Part shown: positions 40,268-55,200 of the stretch, piece by piece | Layout of the letters: every line of letters starts with the position of its first letter | How positions within the stretch are numbered: the stretch's first letter is position 1 | Source of the DNA: Octopus sinensis | Lineage: Eukaryota | Length of the DNA stretch: 64,000 nt | Assembly: GCF_006345805.1 (NCBI RefSeq) | Contig: NC_043026.1 | Coordinates: 1,674,001-1,738,000 of the forward strand | Reading direction: 5' to 3' | Program-made: the position numbers and the translations under genes | The notes under the pieces: generated by a model | Database searches by the model: none | What the model was told of the DNA's origin: nothing | The model's input: only the letters and a program-made list of their open reading frames with translations

Positions 40268-43200
40268 TCTTATTTGCTCTTCACGAAATCATTGTATGAC
40301 AAGGGATTTTCTACACCTGAGGAAAACATTTTCATTAACATTAATGAAAATGTTTTCCTCAGGTGTAGAAAATCCCTTGTCATACAATGATCACACTGTA
40401 AAGTAGGTTTCGTGAAGAGCAAATAAGAGCGTATGTATATATGTTTAATATATACATAAATACATACATATAAACACTGTTTGTTTTGTATGCACAGTAT
40501 GTATGTAAAACTAATCAAACGTTGACTGAAGAGTCCCTCAGTTTTAATTATTTGGCAAGGAAAAGTTGAACAGTGACCTCAAAGTTTTATTGATTATGGG
40601 ATTTGTAAATCTAGCAGATTTTTTCCAATCTGAAAAAGTGAACAATTAGCAAAACTTCAAAGTCTCTCTCTCCCTTTCCAAGAGGGATGGCTGTGTGTTT
40701 CATAGATTACTGTCCTTCTGCTCATCCCCTGGCACAAAGCCACAAAGCCAAGATGCCATGCAGGAGTATTGAACTTGGAACCATGTGGTTGGGAAGCAAG
40801 CTTCATACCACACAGCCATGCCTGCACCTATATATATATATGAAACATATTTTTATGTCCTTCAGTGATTTAACTGCAGCCATACGAGGACAAACTGATA
40901 AGTTACAGGACATAAACAAACCAACCTCACTTGTTAAGCAGTGAAAGATGTAGACAAATGTAATGATGCACGCATATACAAACACACTGGCTGATGAGGA
41001 TAGGGGTAGGTGAAGAAGCGACAAACAGAAGAGGAATGCAAGTGGTCCTACAAAGGAATGGAGCCCTCACCCCATTGGACAACCAGAAGAGGAATGCAAG
41101 TGGTCCTACAAAGGAATGGAGCCGTCACCCCATTGGACAACCAGAAGAGGAATGCAAGTGGTCCTACAAAGGAATGGAGCCCTCACCCCATTGTACAACC
41201 AGAAGAGGAATGCAAGTGGTCCTACAAAGGAATGGAGCCGTCACCCCATTGGACAACCAGAAGAGGAATGCAAGTGGTCCTACAAAGGAATGGAGCCGTC
41301 ACCCCATTGGACAACCAGAAGAGGAATGCAAGTGTTACCACCAGTAAAGGAAGGAAAGACCACAAACATAAACAAAGAAGGGGACAGAAAGGAAAAATGA
41401 AACAACTAAAATTGAAACCCAAAACCACCAAACAAAAACCAACTCAAACGTGGAAGCTCCAATGGAATCCGAAAGCCTAGGGGAGAAAAAATATTTGGAG
41501 TGAAGTGAAGGACATGCAAATTTTACCTGCAAGGCAAATGTTGGCATGGGGAAGACAGTACAAACTGCTGGTTTGTTCACCCAAGACTCCCAAAAACTGC
41601 AGAAGCCTTAAGGAGAAATTCTTCCTTGAGGAAAGACACCAATAGTCTCAACAGAGAAAGCATACAAATGCAGTGCGGTCTTCAGATATTATGTGCAAGA
41701 CAGCAGCTGAGCAAGAGTCATTTTGGGCAAGGCGCAAAAGATTGCGTAGCAGCTGACCTGGCTGCATCAAGCGCAAACACAGAACCTTGCACACCACTGT
41801 GCAAGACCATCACAATCGACAGACATGGGATGGCTTCCTCTAACGCCTGCACAATCATCACGCCAGTATTTTTACTAAATAGTGGAGGCCTACTGCATCA
41901 CAACAAAAGCAAAATCTTTTTCCTGAGAGCCTTTGCTGCATGCAATTAAGCCCTATGCATAGCACTCATAGAAACTCATCTGAGCCCTGATATAAAGGAT
42001 GCAGAAGTACAAGAGACAGAAAGGAAAGGAGCCATGGTGGAGTTGCTGTATACATCCGCGAGGACCTCACACCTTAGGTCCTACTGCCATACTCAAATTC
42101 AGTATATGACACTCTAATTGCATACAGAAGGCAATACAATACGTATTGCCCTATGGATGCTCCAAACCACATTTGCAAGTTTGAAGATTGTTTCACAATA
42201 AAAGAAATCCTCATGAAACAGGAACATCCCCATAGCATATTTCTTATGGGTAATTCCAACTTCCCCAATGTCAAATGGCCCAAAGGCCTCATGCTTTCAG
42301 GAATGACTCATTGCAAACAAGTACAGGTGGAGTCCCTGCTCAACCTCACCAATGCCCTATTCATGGAGCAAGTTGTGCTCAGACCAACTGGGGTGAATAA
42401 CATTTAGGATCTGAAAGCAAATTTCTTTATGCTAATCATGTACGTATTTTTTTATGTGTTTCAGCCATCTGACTATGACCACATGAAAGAAATTGACTCT
42501 AGGACTTATTCTTTGTAAGCCAAGTACTTACTCTTTTGGTTTCTTTTACTGAACTGCTAAGTTACGGGGATGTAAATACACTAGTATCGGTTGTCAAGCG
42601 ACGGTGGGGGGACAAACACAGACACACAATCATAGATATATGACGGGCTTCTTTTAGCTTCCGTCTACCAAATCGACTCACAAAGTTTTGGTTGGCCTGA
42701 GGCTATAGTAGAAGACACTTGCCTAAGTTCCACAAAGTGAGACTGAACCCAGAAACATGTTGGGGAAGCAAGTTTCTTACTATGCCTATATGTACATATA
42801 TTTATACACACACACACACACACACTTGATATGAATAGGACCAATCGAGGTGCATATAAAAACTGCTATATACCTACTAACTCACACACACACACACACA
42901 GCTTGACCTTCCACAAAAAAGAGGGGACTGAAATTTACCTTTGTGCGCTTCAAACCTGTATGGGGCCAGCGTGATGGCTTCCCTAAAATGTGATGCAGCA
43001 TCTTGCATCTTCTTCAGCTCAAGCAATGCAAAACCCTTTAAGAGCAATGCTTCAATGTTTCGGTTATCAATAGTGTATGCCTAAAGGATAAACATAAAAT
43101 AGCAGAATCAACAACAACAGCAATAATAATAAAAATAAGGATACTAATAATAATAATAATAATAATAATAGCTTCAACTTTTGGCACAAGGCCAGAAATT

Positions 43201-46200
43201 TCAGTGCTCAACTGGTTCTTATTTTATTGACCCAAAAAGGATGAAAGGCAAAGTCAACCCTGCCTGAATTTGAACTCAAAACATAAAGATGGATGAAATA
43301 TGGTGAAGCATTTTGCCCAGCATACTAAGGATTCGGTCAGCTTGCCACCTCAACAATAACGGGTTGAATTTCTGGCATGAGGGGAGTGGGGTTAAGTACT
43401 CAAGTGGTACTTATTTTAGCAACCCCCAAAAGATGAAAGGCAAAGTCGACACTGATGGAATTTGAACTCAGAACGTAAAGATGGACAAAAAGCTGCTCAG
43501 CATTTCGTCTGGTCAGCTAAAGATTCGGTCAGCTTGCTCACTTAGCAACAACAATAACAATGGTTTTAAATCTTGGCACACAGCCAGAAATTTCGGGAAA
43601 TAAATAAATAAAATCAACCCCAGGGCTAAACAGGTACTTATTTTATCGATCTCCAAACAGATGAAAAGCAAAGTTGACCATGACAGAATTTGAACTCAGA
43701 ATGTAAACATGGGCAAAATGTTGGTAAGCATTTTGCGGAGGATAGGATTCTGTCCGCTCGCTTACCTTGAAGGAAAAAAATATTGCTTTCAAATTTTGGC
43801 ACAAGGTCAACGAGTTTGGGGTAGGGGCTAAGTTGATTACATCAACTCAAGAGTTCAAAGGGTACTTATTTTACTGACCCCCAAAAGGATGACCTCAGTG
43901 GCATTTGAACTCAAAGACAGACGAAATACTGTGAAACTCAAACCTTATATGGATAGAGCAGAGCAACTAAAAACCCAATACAGCACCTCCAACTAATGAC
44001 TAGGGTACTGCAATCTGAAAGTTCTCAAAGTCCTTAACCCTTTAATGTTCAGATTATTCTGTTAAATGTAATACTTTTTCACTCAAATTGTTTTTAATTA
44101 ATCATGCATTATCTTATAGCTTTGAGGTTTCAATGATGTGATTGGTTATTTTTAGAATGTCAATGTAGGTTAGGTGTGAGAGGCTAGATATGGCCAGTTC
44201 AAATATAAAACATGTAGAATATTTTGGGCCGGATGTGGCCGGTTTAAACACTAAAGGGTTAAAGACAACCCTTTTGTTACCAAATTTCTGTTTGTTTCAA
44301 TTAGTTTGGAAAATAACGAAGACTTTAGTAAAATAAATTTGTCCTCGATAAAGGTGGTATTTGGAACATAAATCAACCTGTAATTATGCTGGAAAGTTTT
44401 AATTTAAATGACTTTAAAAGAGAAAGTTTGTATCCTAGAATCAGGGATAATCTCAGATGGGCAGGAATTAAAAGAGTTAAGGGCACAGCAATCCTAAAAT
44501 AGACATAACTCTCTCCAGCTCACCCTTGTAAGAAGTCTTACCTTCTGAGCAAAGTAAACTGCCTTCGGCACAGCCTTCACCACCTTCCTGTTGGCCATAC
44601 AGTAGTAGCCAATGACTACCCATGGCTCAGGGATGTGTTCGTTGCCATCCATCACATGGTTTGCTAAACTGCAAAGGGACAAAATAACACAACTCAGTCA
44701 AATAAGCCATAAGAAAAACAGTTGTTTGGTTGCCCAAGAAGGGACGATAAGGATCCTGTTTCAGGAGAATTGCATCATTATCAGCCCTTCTTTTAAACTC
44801 CAATATAGGTACCGTACACACTTGCATTCATTATTTTTGTTAATACTACGTCCCATGTATCTTTTATATTTTATTTGCTTCAGTCATTTGACTGTGGCCA
44901 TGCTGGAGTACCACCTTGAAGACATTTTACTCAAACAAATCGATCCCTGTACTTATTTTTTTTTATAAACCTGGTTCTCATTCTATCGATCTTTTTTACT
45001 GAACTGATAAGTTATGGGGACATAAACACACCAACACTGGTTGTCAAGTGGTGGCAGGAGACACACACAGACACAAAGATACACACATATAGATATGTAG
45101 ATACATACATATATAGAGAAATACATATGCAGGTACCGAAGTATGGGCAGAAAGATATTCAGGTTATGTATACAATTAACTGTACCTGAGTATATTAATG
45201 TTCCGAGAGGAAATGAATGATGTAATCTCTCCCTTAATCAATTGAAAATCCGTTGGAAACAGCTGTAGTGAATTGACACAGTATCCATCTATTGTTATTT
45301 ATTTATTGCTTCCCAGCCACATGGTCCCAGGTTCAGTCCCACTGCGTGGTACCTTGGGCAAGTGTCTTCTACTATAGCCTTGGGCTGACCAAAGCCTTGT
45401 GAGTGGATTTGCTAGACAGAAAATTGGAAGAAGCCCATCGTATATATTCATATATGTGTGTATGAGTGTGTGTGTTTATGCGTTTGTGTTTGTCCCCTCC
45501 ACCATTGCTCGACAACCAATGTTGGTGTGTTTATGTCCCCGTAACTTAGCAGTTTGGCAAAAGAGACTGATAGAATAAGTACTAGGCTTACAAAGAATAA
45601 GTTGTGGGGTCAATTCGTTCAACTAAAGGTAGTGCTCCAGCATGGCCACAGTCAAATGACTGAAACAAATAAGAGAATAAAAGAAAAAGCATACATACAT
45701 AGAGAAACTGAGGTTGGGGGTAAGCAAGGGCAGCAGCCAGCCCAAAGGTTGGGGGTAAGCAAGGGCATTGCTCCTCGTAGAAAATCCAGCTCCAAAAAAA
45801 GCCTCATGATAGCAAAGGAGAATTGGCACCAGGCAGCCCAAAGGTTGGGGTGGGCTGCACCTGCCTATCTTGGTTGCTATGGCATTGAGGTAGATCCGGC
45901 CACCCCCATTAATGGGGACAAAACCCGGATTTAAAACACTGGATGATGATGATACACACTCACACACACACAATAGGCTTCTTTCAGTTTCCATCTACCA
46001 TACTGGCATGGGTTGGACAATTTGACCAGAGCTGGTAGGCTGCACCAGGTTCCAGTCTGGTTTCTATGGATGGATGCCCTTCCTAATACCAACCACTTTA
46101 GTGTGTACTGGGTGCTTTTAACATGGTACCGTCTACCAAATATACTCACAAGTCCTACTCCCACCACTAGCCATTACACCTTGATTTTCTGCTTGGGTGA

Positions 46201-49200
46201 TGAGGTCATGGAGGGAAGGCTTGGAAAGTATCAATGCCTGCTTCTGACTACATGGGGACATAAAATCATTAGCAAAAGCATAGTATATGTTGATATGTCA
46301 CCCATCACTGCACGTGCAGCCGGAGTATTTTACACATGTGTTTGTGTTCGCTTATGTCAATAAGCAGGGAGGGAGGGGGTATCAGCAGGGAGCAGTTGAT
46401 CCTGGGCAATGCTTTTATTAGTAGCAGTAATCTTTTGGGGTTCACCAAGGGTTGCCTCAGGCAGCACACACTCTAGCTACGCCACTGAGTTGGTTGTGTG
46501 CACACGTGTGTGTGAATATCTTATCTTTTACCTATTTCAGTCATTGGACTGTGGCCATGCTGGGGCCTTGCCTTGAAGGTTTTGAACAGATCGAACCCAG
46601 CATGTATTTTTTTATATTAAGTCTGGTACTTATTGTATAAGTCACTTTTTACTGAACTGTAAAGTTACAGGGACATGAACAAACCAACACTGGTTGTCAA
46701 GCAGTGGTGGGAAACAAACACAAAGACACACACACATTTATATACACAATGGGTTTCTTTAGTTTCTGTCTTAGCAAATCCATTCACAAGGCTCTTGTCA
46801 ACCTGCCACTGAACCTGGAACCATGTGGTTAAGAAGCAAGTTTCTTACCACACAGCCATGCCTCATTTATATTTACTGGTGTGAACCAGTGTGTGTGTGT
46901 CTGTGTGTGGCAAAAGCATTGTTAAACAATAAAGACCAATAAATTAATTCCCTAACTGAAATAAAAAAAACAAGAAGAGGAGCAAGGGGCCGTTCTCTAT
47001 GATTGACAAAAGAATCCCTGTAAGACAGAGTCTGCACATTTGCTGCAGCCCAGGGTCTCAGATCAGTAAAAGAATAAACCAAAAAAACTGATGCCCTTTG
47101 AACACCTGTACAGCACTCACCTTTCCAGTTCTGTCATCTTTTTCTCTTTCAGGTAAAGGTAGGCCAAAGTGTCCATGTTTTTCACGTTGAGACGGTCAGT
47201 AAGGTGAGCCTGTAAGAAGCAAAGAAAACATCAACAATCGGTGTAAGTTAGTTTAAAATATATAAATATATCAGTGAGATTGCTTAGTCAGAGATGATAC
47301 TAGCATTGCAATGCTGCATGGTAGTGAGATGTGGGCCCTGAATGTGAGGGCATGCAAAGGCTGGAGAGAAATGAAAGTAGAATGCTCTGATGGATGTGCA
47401 GTGTTAGTGCACATGTGCGACAGAGCACTGGTGTATTGAGAGAGAAGTTAGGCATAAGAAGGATTAAATGCAGTGCGCAAGCGAAAAGGCTGTGCTGGCT
47501 TGGCCACATGATGCATATGGATGGGGACAGTTGCATAAAGTGCCGATCAATTAAAGTGGAGGGAAGTTGTAGAAGGGGGAAACCCAGGAAGACATGGGAT
47601 GAAGTATGAAGGCTGATCTCAAAATGGTGAGCTTTACGAAGGAGATAACAGGACCGAGATAAGTGGTGCATTGCTGCACTTGAGAAGATCCAGCCATCAC
47701 AACAGAAATGAGATCCTAAAACCAAGGTGCCAAGTAAAAAGCATTGGTGTGGGTGCTGGTGTTACATAAAAAGCAAAGGTGCTGGTACTGCGTAAAAGTA
47801 CTGATGCCATGTAAAAAGCACATGGTACACTCTGTAAAGAGGATGGTGTTAGGAAGGGCACCCAGCCATAGAAACCATGCCAGAACACACTATGGAATTG
47901 GTGCAGCCCCTGACCTATCCAGTTCCTGTCAATCCATCCAACCTGTGCTGGTATGGAAAACAGATGTGAAATATTGATGATGATGATGTTGATGAAACAA
48001 GCAAACAAGATCAAACCAAGGTTGACTTGAACCCTTTTTCTACCATTTTTCTGCTGAAAAACACTGCATTTTTTTCAATCACTTTAGAAATATTATGAAG
48101 AAATTAGTAAATCATCTATTCTGGTGCTAATATATACTTTACAGAGCGAACTGGGTGCTTTTTCATCACGAGTACTAATGAGATCACCACGCAGCTTGCA
48201 AGATTACAAACTCCAAGGGTGGGATGACTTTATACAAGAGGAGGAGGCAGTGCAGTTTCTTGCTGTAGAGGAGCTCCATAGCTACTCCCATTTAGAAGAA
48301 AGGATGGGTCCCTCGAGATACAAGGTGGGGTCAGAGGAACCGGGAGAGTGAGTAGTTGGTGCAAGAGCATTTGTGGGAGTGAGAGGAGGGGAATGAGCAG
48401 GGGTGAATGCTGATGAAGGGTGGATAAAGGGATAAGTGCATTTCGTGCGCTTGCTTGATGGGGTTGCAGTCATTCCATTTTAATCCTCTTAATCTAGCAG
48501 CAATGACCTCAGAGCGTCCTCCGCCTCTACTGACTTGGGCACCTCGGTAAAGGAAGCTATCTACAACTTCTAAATATTCCCCATAACATTTAATGAAATC
48601 TATTTTCTAGTGTTGACTGTACCTACACATCTGTCACACACAAAGACTATTTTCTATTAACCTTCCTCTGATAGAGACGTCTTCATGCATAGAGCCAACC
48701 ACATCCATTGCTGGTGGTCCTGTGCCAGCCCCTCCGCATCCTCCTCTTGGGAGTAGAAATGATAGCAGGGTCCTGAGAACCATCTATTGAGAACATCAGG
48801 TGGTACCATCACATTTCCAGCAAAGAGCAGCCTGCAGTCTTCCTCCTCATAGTTATCCGATCCATTGCACTGGTATGGACACCCCACCCCACCCCAATTT
48901 CCCTCTAGACCATCCTAAATGGATACAGATGGGCAATAACATAGGAGTTGGAAAGAAGAAAGCTGGGGAAGGAGGGAGAGGAGAGCAGAGCAGAGAGGGA
49001 GAGGAGAGCAGAGAGGGATTTCCAGAATGAAAACAAAGGTTGTGCATTTCAACAGAAGTGTAGTAAGGAAACGGTTAAATATACTCTTTTACTTGTTTCA
49101 GTCATTTGACTGCGGCCATGCTGGAGCACCGCCTTTAGTCAAGCAATTCGACCCCGGGACTTATTCTTTGTAAGCCCAGTACTTATTCTATCAGTCTCTT

Positions 49201-52200
49201 TTGCCGAACCACTAAGTGACGGGGACGTAAACACACTAGCATCGGTTGTCAAGCAATGCTAGGGGGACAAATACAGACACACAAACACACACACATACAT
49301 ATAGATATATATACATATATACGACAGGCTTCTTTCAGTTTCCGTCTACCAAATCCACTCACAAGGCATTGGTCGGCCCGGGGCTATAGTAGAAGACACT
49401 TGCCCAAGATGCCACGCAGTGGGACTGAACCCGGAACCATGTGGTTGGTTAGCAAGCTACTTACCACACAGCCACTCCTGCGCCTGTGTGTAGTTATTTT
49501 GAACAGAGAGGGATTGGTAAGGGACTGAACAACAACTCCCTATACTGACCCCCTCTTCTTTACTGCATTGACACTTGCTATATCCTCCTTCTCCTCCCCC
49601 ACCCTCCATACTTAATGTATCATTTGGCCATCAGTGTACAACAGGGCCTTGTTTTAATGACCCCAAAAGGGTAATAAATAAATAAATAAATAAAGCACTG
49701 GAAACAAATAAACAAAACAAAAATAGAGAAAGTTAACCAAGGCTGACCAAAGTGGATTTGGCAGATGGAAACTAAAAAGAAGCCCATCATATATATATGT
49801 GTATGTGTGTGTATCTTTGAGTCTGCGTTTGTCCCCACCACTGTTTGACAACCAGTACTGGTGTAATTACATCCACATAACTTAGCAGTCCAGCAAAAGA
49901 GATTGAAATAATAAGTACCAGGCTTAAAAACAAAATAAATAAATATTGGGGTCAACTCATTTGACTAAGAATTCTTCAAGGTGGTGCCCCAGCATGGCCA
50001 CAGTCTAATGACTGAAAGAAGCAAAAGATACAGGCACAGGTATGGCTGTGTGGTAAGAAGCTTGCTTCCTAACCAGAAATCGTCGCAGATAGAGCTTTTC
50101 GGAATGACCCCACAGCCGACGCTCTGGAGCAGGAGTGAAGAACAGCTCTTTCGAGAGGTTACACTTTCCGCTTATGATGTTGTGAGCAACAATGAGATCA
50201 CCACGGCGGCAGTGTTTTTCTAGAGAATAAAGGTCAAGCGTCTTCAGCCTTTCTTCATAAGACAAATTTTTGAGGTCATGAACCATGCGGGTAGCCAGCT
50301 TCTGGACTCTTTCGAGATGCTGTATGTCTTTGAGGAGATAAGGAGAAGAGGCTTGAATCCTGTACTCCAATATGTGTCTCACCAGCGTGACATAGAGTGG
50401 TAGGAATATGGCTGCTGTGAGCATTCCGTGTGCTTTGTTGGCAGCATGGACGCACTGGGCCGAAGGCGAAAAGGAGGAATCCACCAAGATACCCAGGTCC
50501 TTTACCTGATCGGTCCTCTCCAGCAGCAGACGACTCGGCTCGAAATCAAGTTGAGTTGCAGGAGGAGAGCCAACAGGCAGATGACAGCACTTTGACACGT
50601 TCAGACACAGGTCCCATTCGTTAGACCACCTCCAAATTTGGTGGAGGCATCGACGAAGATCCTCTATATCACCGCGAGGAGCGACCAGTTTGACATCGTC
50701 AGCAAATAGAAGGGTGTGTTGTGTGAGGTCGTCGGGCAAGTCATTTATGAAGACTAAGAACAATAAGGGCCCAAGCACTGAACCTTGAGGCACGCCACTG
50801 CCCGCACTGGAGACATCGGACCACGAACCATTAACTTGGACTTGCAAGGAGCGATCTGAGAGGAAGGCACCAGTTCAGTCTCATTGCATGGCAGCCTTGG
50901 AGCAGGTCAAAATCTAGAGTGGATTTGGTAGATGGAAACTGAAAGAAGCCCATTATATACGTATGTGTGTATGTGTCTTTGTCTCCCACTGCTGCTTGAC
51001 ATCTGGTGTTGGCATGGTTACACATCCCTGTAACTTAGCAGTTCAACAAAGAGACCAACAGAATAAAAAGCAGGCTTCAAAAAGAAGAGAAATAAGTCCT
51101 TGGTTTAATTCAGTCAACAAAAATACAAAGTGGTGCCCCAGCATGGCCACAGTCCAATGACAGAGATAAAAGAATTGTAAAGAGGATCAAAGTAGATTAC
51201 CTTCTGGAAGAGTTGCATAGCTTGTGTGTAGTCACCATTGAGGAAGTGGGCCTCGCCCAAGGAGAAAAGGAGTCGGACATTATTTTTGAGGTAAGGCTAG
51301 AGAATTAAAGAAGAAAGGAATATGAAAAATATGGTAATTGATAAAATGCCAATTAATATCATGATTAACAAACTGCTGCACACTGGCAGAGAAATGACAG
51401 CCATTCAAAATACACATTCATTTTGGTTTTCTTTGATAATAATCTCACAATTCATGAAGTTTTGCATATCACAATCATCTAACTGCTGTTTTCCATGCTG
51501 GCATGGGTTGGACGGTTTGACAGGAGCTCGCCAGTCAGAGAGTCATCCAATTGTCTGTTTTGGCATGGTTTCCACAGCTGGATGCTCTTTCTAACACCAA
51601 CCACTTTACAGAGTGTTAGGTGCTTGAGAACACATGCTGCCCAGTCCGGGAACTGAACCCACAATCTGACAATCACGAGTGCAATACTCTAACCACTAAG
51701 CCATGTGCCATGACTGCTGAAGACATGCATAGCCTTGAAGGAAATGAAGCTAGTATGATCAGTTGAATGTGTAATGTTAGTGTGTCTACATGACAGAGTG
51801 TGAGTGCCCTGAGAGAAAAGTTGAACATAAGAAGCATCAAATGTGGGGTGCAAGAGAGACGACTGTACTAGTTATGTATGGATGAGGACAGCTGTGTGAG
51901 GAAGTGCCACTCCCTAACTGTGGAAAAGGCAGACCCAGGAAGACATGAGATGAGATGGTGAAGCATGACCTTTGAACACTGGGCCTCACAGAGGCAATGA
52001 CCGGAGACCGAGACCTTTGGAGATATGCTGTGATTGAGAAGACCCAGCAACTAAAGTGAGATCACAGCCATGGCCAGTGTTACATGTCCGACCCATTTAA
52101 GAGCACCCTTGATGCGTTGAGAAGACCTTTTGAGTCAAGTAAAACCAATATTGTAGCAGTGGCTCCTGTTTTATGTGGCACATAAAATGCATCATCCGAA

Positions 52201-55200
52201 CGTGGTCAATGCCAGTGCTGCCTGATTGGCTCCTGTGCCAGTGGCACAAAAAATGCAGTATCTGAACATAAGTGATGCCAGGACTGCCTGACTGGCCCCC
52301 ATGCTGGTGGCACATAAAAAGCACCATCCAAATGTGGCCAACACCAGTACCCGCAGACTGGCTCCAGTGCCAGTTGCACGTAAAAGGCACCATCTGAACG
52401 TGATTGATGCCAGGCCCGCCTGGCTGGCTCCTGTGCAAGTGGCATGTAAAAAGCACCTACTACACTCTCGGAGTGGTTGGCGTTAGGAAGGGCATCCAGC
52501 TGTAGAAACATTGCCAGATCAGACTGGAGCCTGGTGCAGCCTCCTGGCTCACCAATCCTCAGTCAAACTGTCCAACCCATGCCAGCATGGAAAACGGATG
52601 TTAAACGATGATGATGATATATATATGCCTTAACATGAAACCAATGGTAGCCTTAATACACAAATAAAGAATCTTGATCCACCAATGCAGAGTTGAATAC
52701 ACATTCTCATTCACTATTAATGCATGGTGAGATGGCAGAAACTTTAGCTGCTGGGTGAAATGCTTAGCAGTGTTTCGTCTGTCTTTACATTCTGTGTTCA
52801 AATTCTGCCAAGGTTGACTTATCCATTCGGGGTCGATAAATTAAGTACCAGTTGCATACTGGTGTAGACCTAATTGACCGGCCCCCTCCCCCAAAATTTC
52901 AGGCCTTCTTCCTAGAGTAGAAAAGAATGTGTGTGTGTATTACTGGACAGAAAGCAAGGTAAAAGGGAAAGGAAGAACAGAAGGAACAAAAGACAAATCT
53001 AACAATCAAAGTTGACTTACCTTGCAGTCTAGGGCCTTAAATGTTGAGATGGCACTTGTGTACTCCTGTGCAACCACCAGAGCATGGGCCTTGATCCACA
53101 TTGTTAACCTGTAACAGATACATACAGCTAATATTGGAGCAATAAAAGTCCCCATAAGCTACTGGCTAACTGATAGCAGTTTCAGTTAATCAAATGTGCT
53201 GATAGCAATTATATCCAGTAACAATAATATCCAGATGCATGGGTGTATTAGATGTACCCCAATTTCAATAGTGAATATTGAGGAAAAAGTAAGTATTGAG
53301 AAAAATATTAGCAACTTCACATACGAGAATTTTTTTTGGAAAAACAGTGTATCACATACCATCAAACAGAGTAATTATATCGAAAGGTCAGCAAGATTAG
53401 TTGATCAGTCATTAATCAGCCAACTATGTTTGTATGCCAGTCATAAGTCAACAAGCATAGTTGATAAATTGGTTATTAGTCAAAAGGTGGTGTTGAAATG
53501 TCACTAGTTAGAAAGCCAGGTTGATAAACCATAGGCTAACAATCTGTCAGTCATTAGTCAACAAACTGTGTTGATAAGTTGACTAGTTGTGTTTCTAGGG
53601 TATTAATCAACCAGTAAAGGAATCTCTAACTCCCTTTATGGACAGCCCAGGCTCTTTTGTAGGCTCTGGGTGTCTGTCAGCTGTGTTGAAAATATCCAAA
53701 GGCTGCAGTGCTAAAAATATTATAATTACTCAGTTACATAGGATTATTCAGCTAGCTCAATCATTAAACCTAATTCCATACGTTGTTAATAAGATGGCTT
53801 TCAATCATCCTTATCAAACATTTTTTTTCCATGCTGGCATGGGTGGATGGTTTGGCAGGGGTAGGCAAGTCAGACGACTGTACCAGACCCCAATTGTCTG
53901 TTTTGGCATGGTTTTTACAGCTGGATGTTCTTCCTAACGCTAACTACTTTACAGAGTATACTGGGTGCTTTTTACATGGCACCCACAAGAGTACTTTTTA
54001 TGTGGCACCCACAAGAGTACTTTTTACATGGCACCCACAAGAGTACTTTTTACGTGGCACCCACAAGAGTACTTTTTACATGGCACCCACAAGAGTACTT
54101 TTTATGTGGCACCCACAAGAGTACTTTTTACATGGCACCCACAAGAGTACTTTTTATGTGGCACCAACATATAAGATATTACATGTGTAACACAATTTTT
54201 GTCCTTGGGTAGCAACTTTTATTTCTTATTTTTCTTACTCCTAGAAAATATGAAAAATGGCTAATTTGGAAAGACAGTGATGATATTTGAATGGTTACAC
54301 CATGTTTACACTGAATACTACATCAACTTGTATGTCAGAAGTATTTCACCTATGTTTCATGTCTTTCTTGATTGTTTTTTTTTGTATAGAATACCATATT
54401 TTCCAGCATATAAATCAAAGGATATAGAGTATTTCACTTATGTTTTGTATGTCTTTCTTGACTGATTTTTTGAGTAGAATATCGTGTTTCTGGCATACAA
54501 ATGAGTTTTTAGACTAAAATTTACAGGAAAAAAAAAAAAAAAGTAGGTCAACTTATACACCAAAATGACTTTGGAGGATGAAAAATTGCATGTGGAATGC
54601 AACAGGATTTGGAAAGATAATGATACACTACATACTGTGTCGACTTGTTTGCCAGAAAATATGGTAATAAAATAAGCAGGTGGGCAGCTGGCAAACTGCT
54701 TAGCAGAATTTCCTTTGGCTCCTTACATTCTGAGTTTGTCTTTCCTCCTTCTAAATATCAGTTGATTGCAGGGCTTGATGTAATTGGCTTCACCCTCCCC
54801 TCAAAGTTTTTGGCCTTAAGTGAAAATCTGAAAATACCTCACAGAGTGACAACCGTGCAGTGCATAATTACAGGTTGCCCTTTGGCAAAGCATAGCACCC
54901 ATTCAGCCACCCTACCAGGCGTATGGCAAAGTCAAGGGACTGCAGCATGGTGGATCATGAAGAGGCAGTGGAAGAGCTCAACTGAGCCAACGGTGCTTCT
55001 TACTTTGATGCTGAGTGAAGATCAATGGTCACGATCACCAAACTCTATCAATACATCCACAGGGGTGGCACCCATGGTTGTAGAATCAACTAATGAAAGA
55101 TTCAATGTGACTCAAGTTCCCAATTCCAATTCATAATAATGGAATTGGATGGCGACAGGGAGTCATGGAAACAGAAGGAAACAAAAAAGAAAATCAGAAA

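Noticed and set aside
40280-40350. Hammerhead in the 40.3-kb palindrome
   Set aside because: CTGAGGA is present but stems I-III and U16.1 cannot be assembled in any permutation.
45235-45285. Degenerate hammerhead (GAAACAGCTGTA palindrome)
   Set aside because: The 5' core reads TTGAAAA and stems I and II are not convincing.
1688-50868. Horizontal transfer of the Gypsy or CR1 element from a parasite
   Set aside because: Based only on a compositional impression. It needs database comparison that I could not run.
54645-55136. 163-aa ORF or Tc1 remnant
   Set aside because: Starts in SINE-like sequence, and only a faint QHGGS resemblance exists in another frame.
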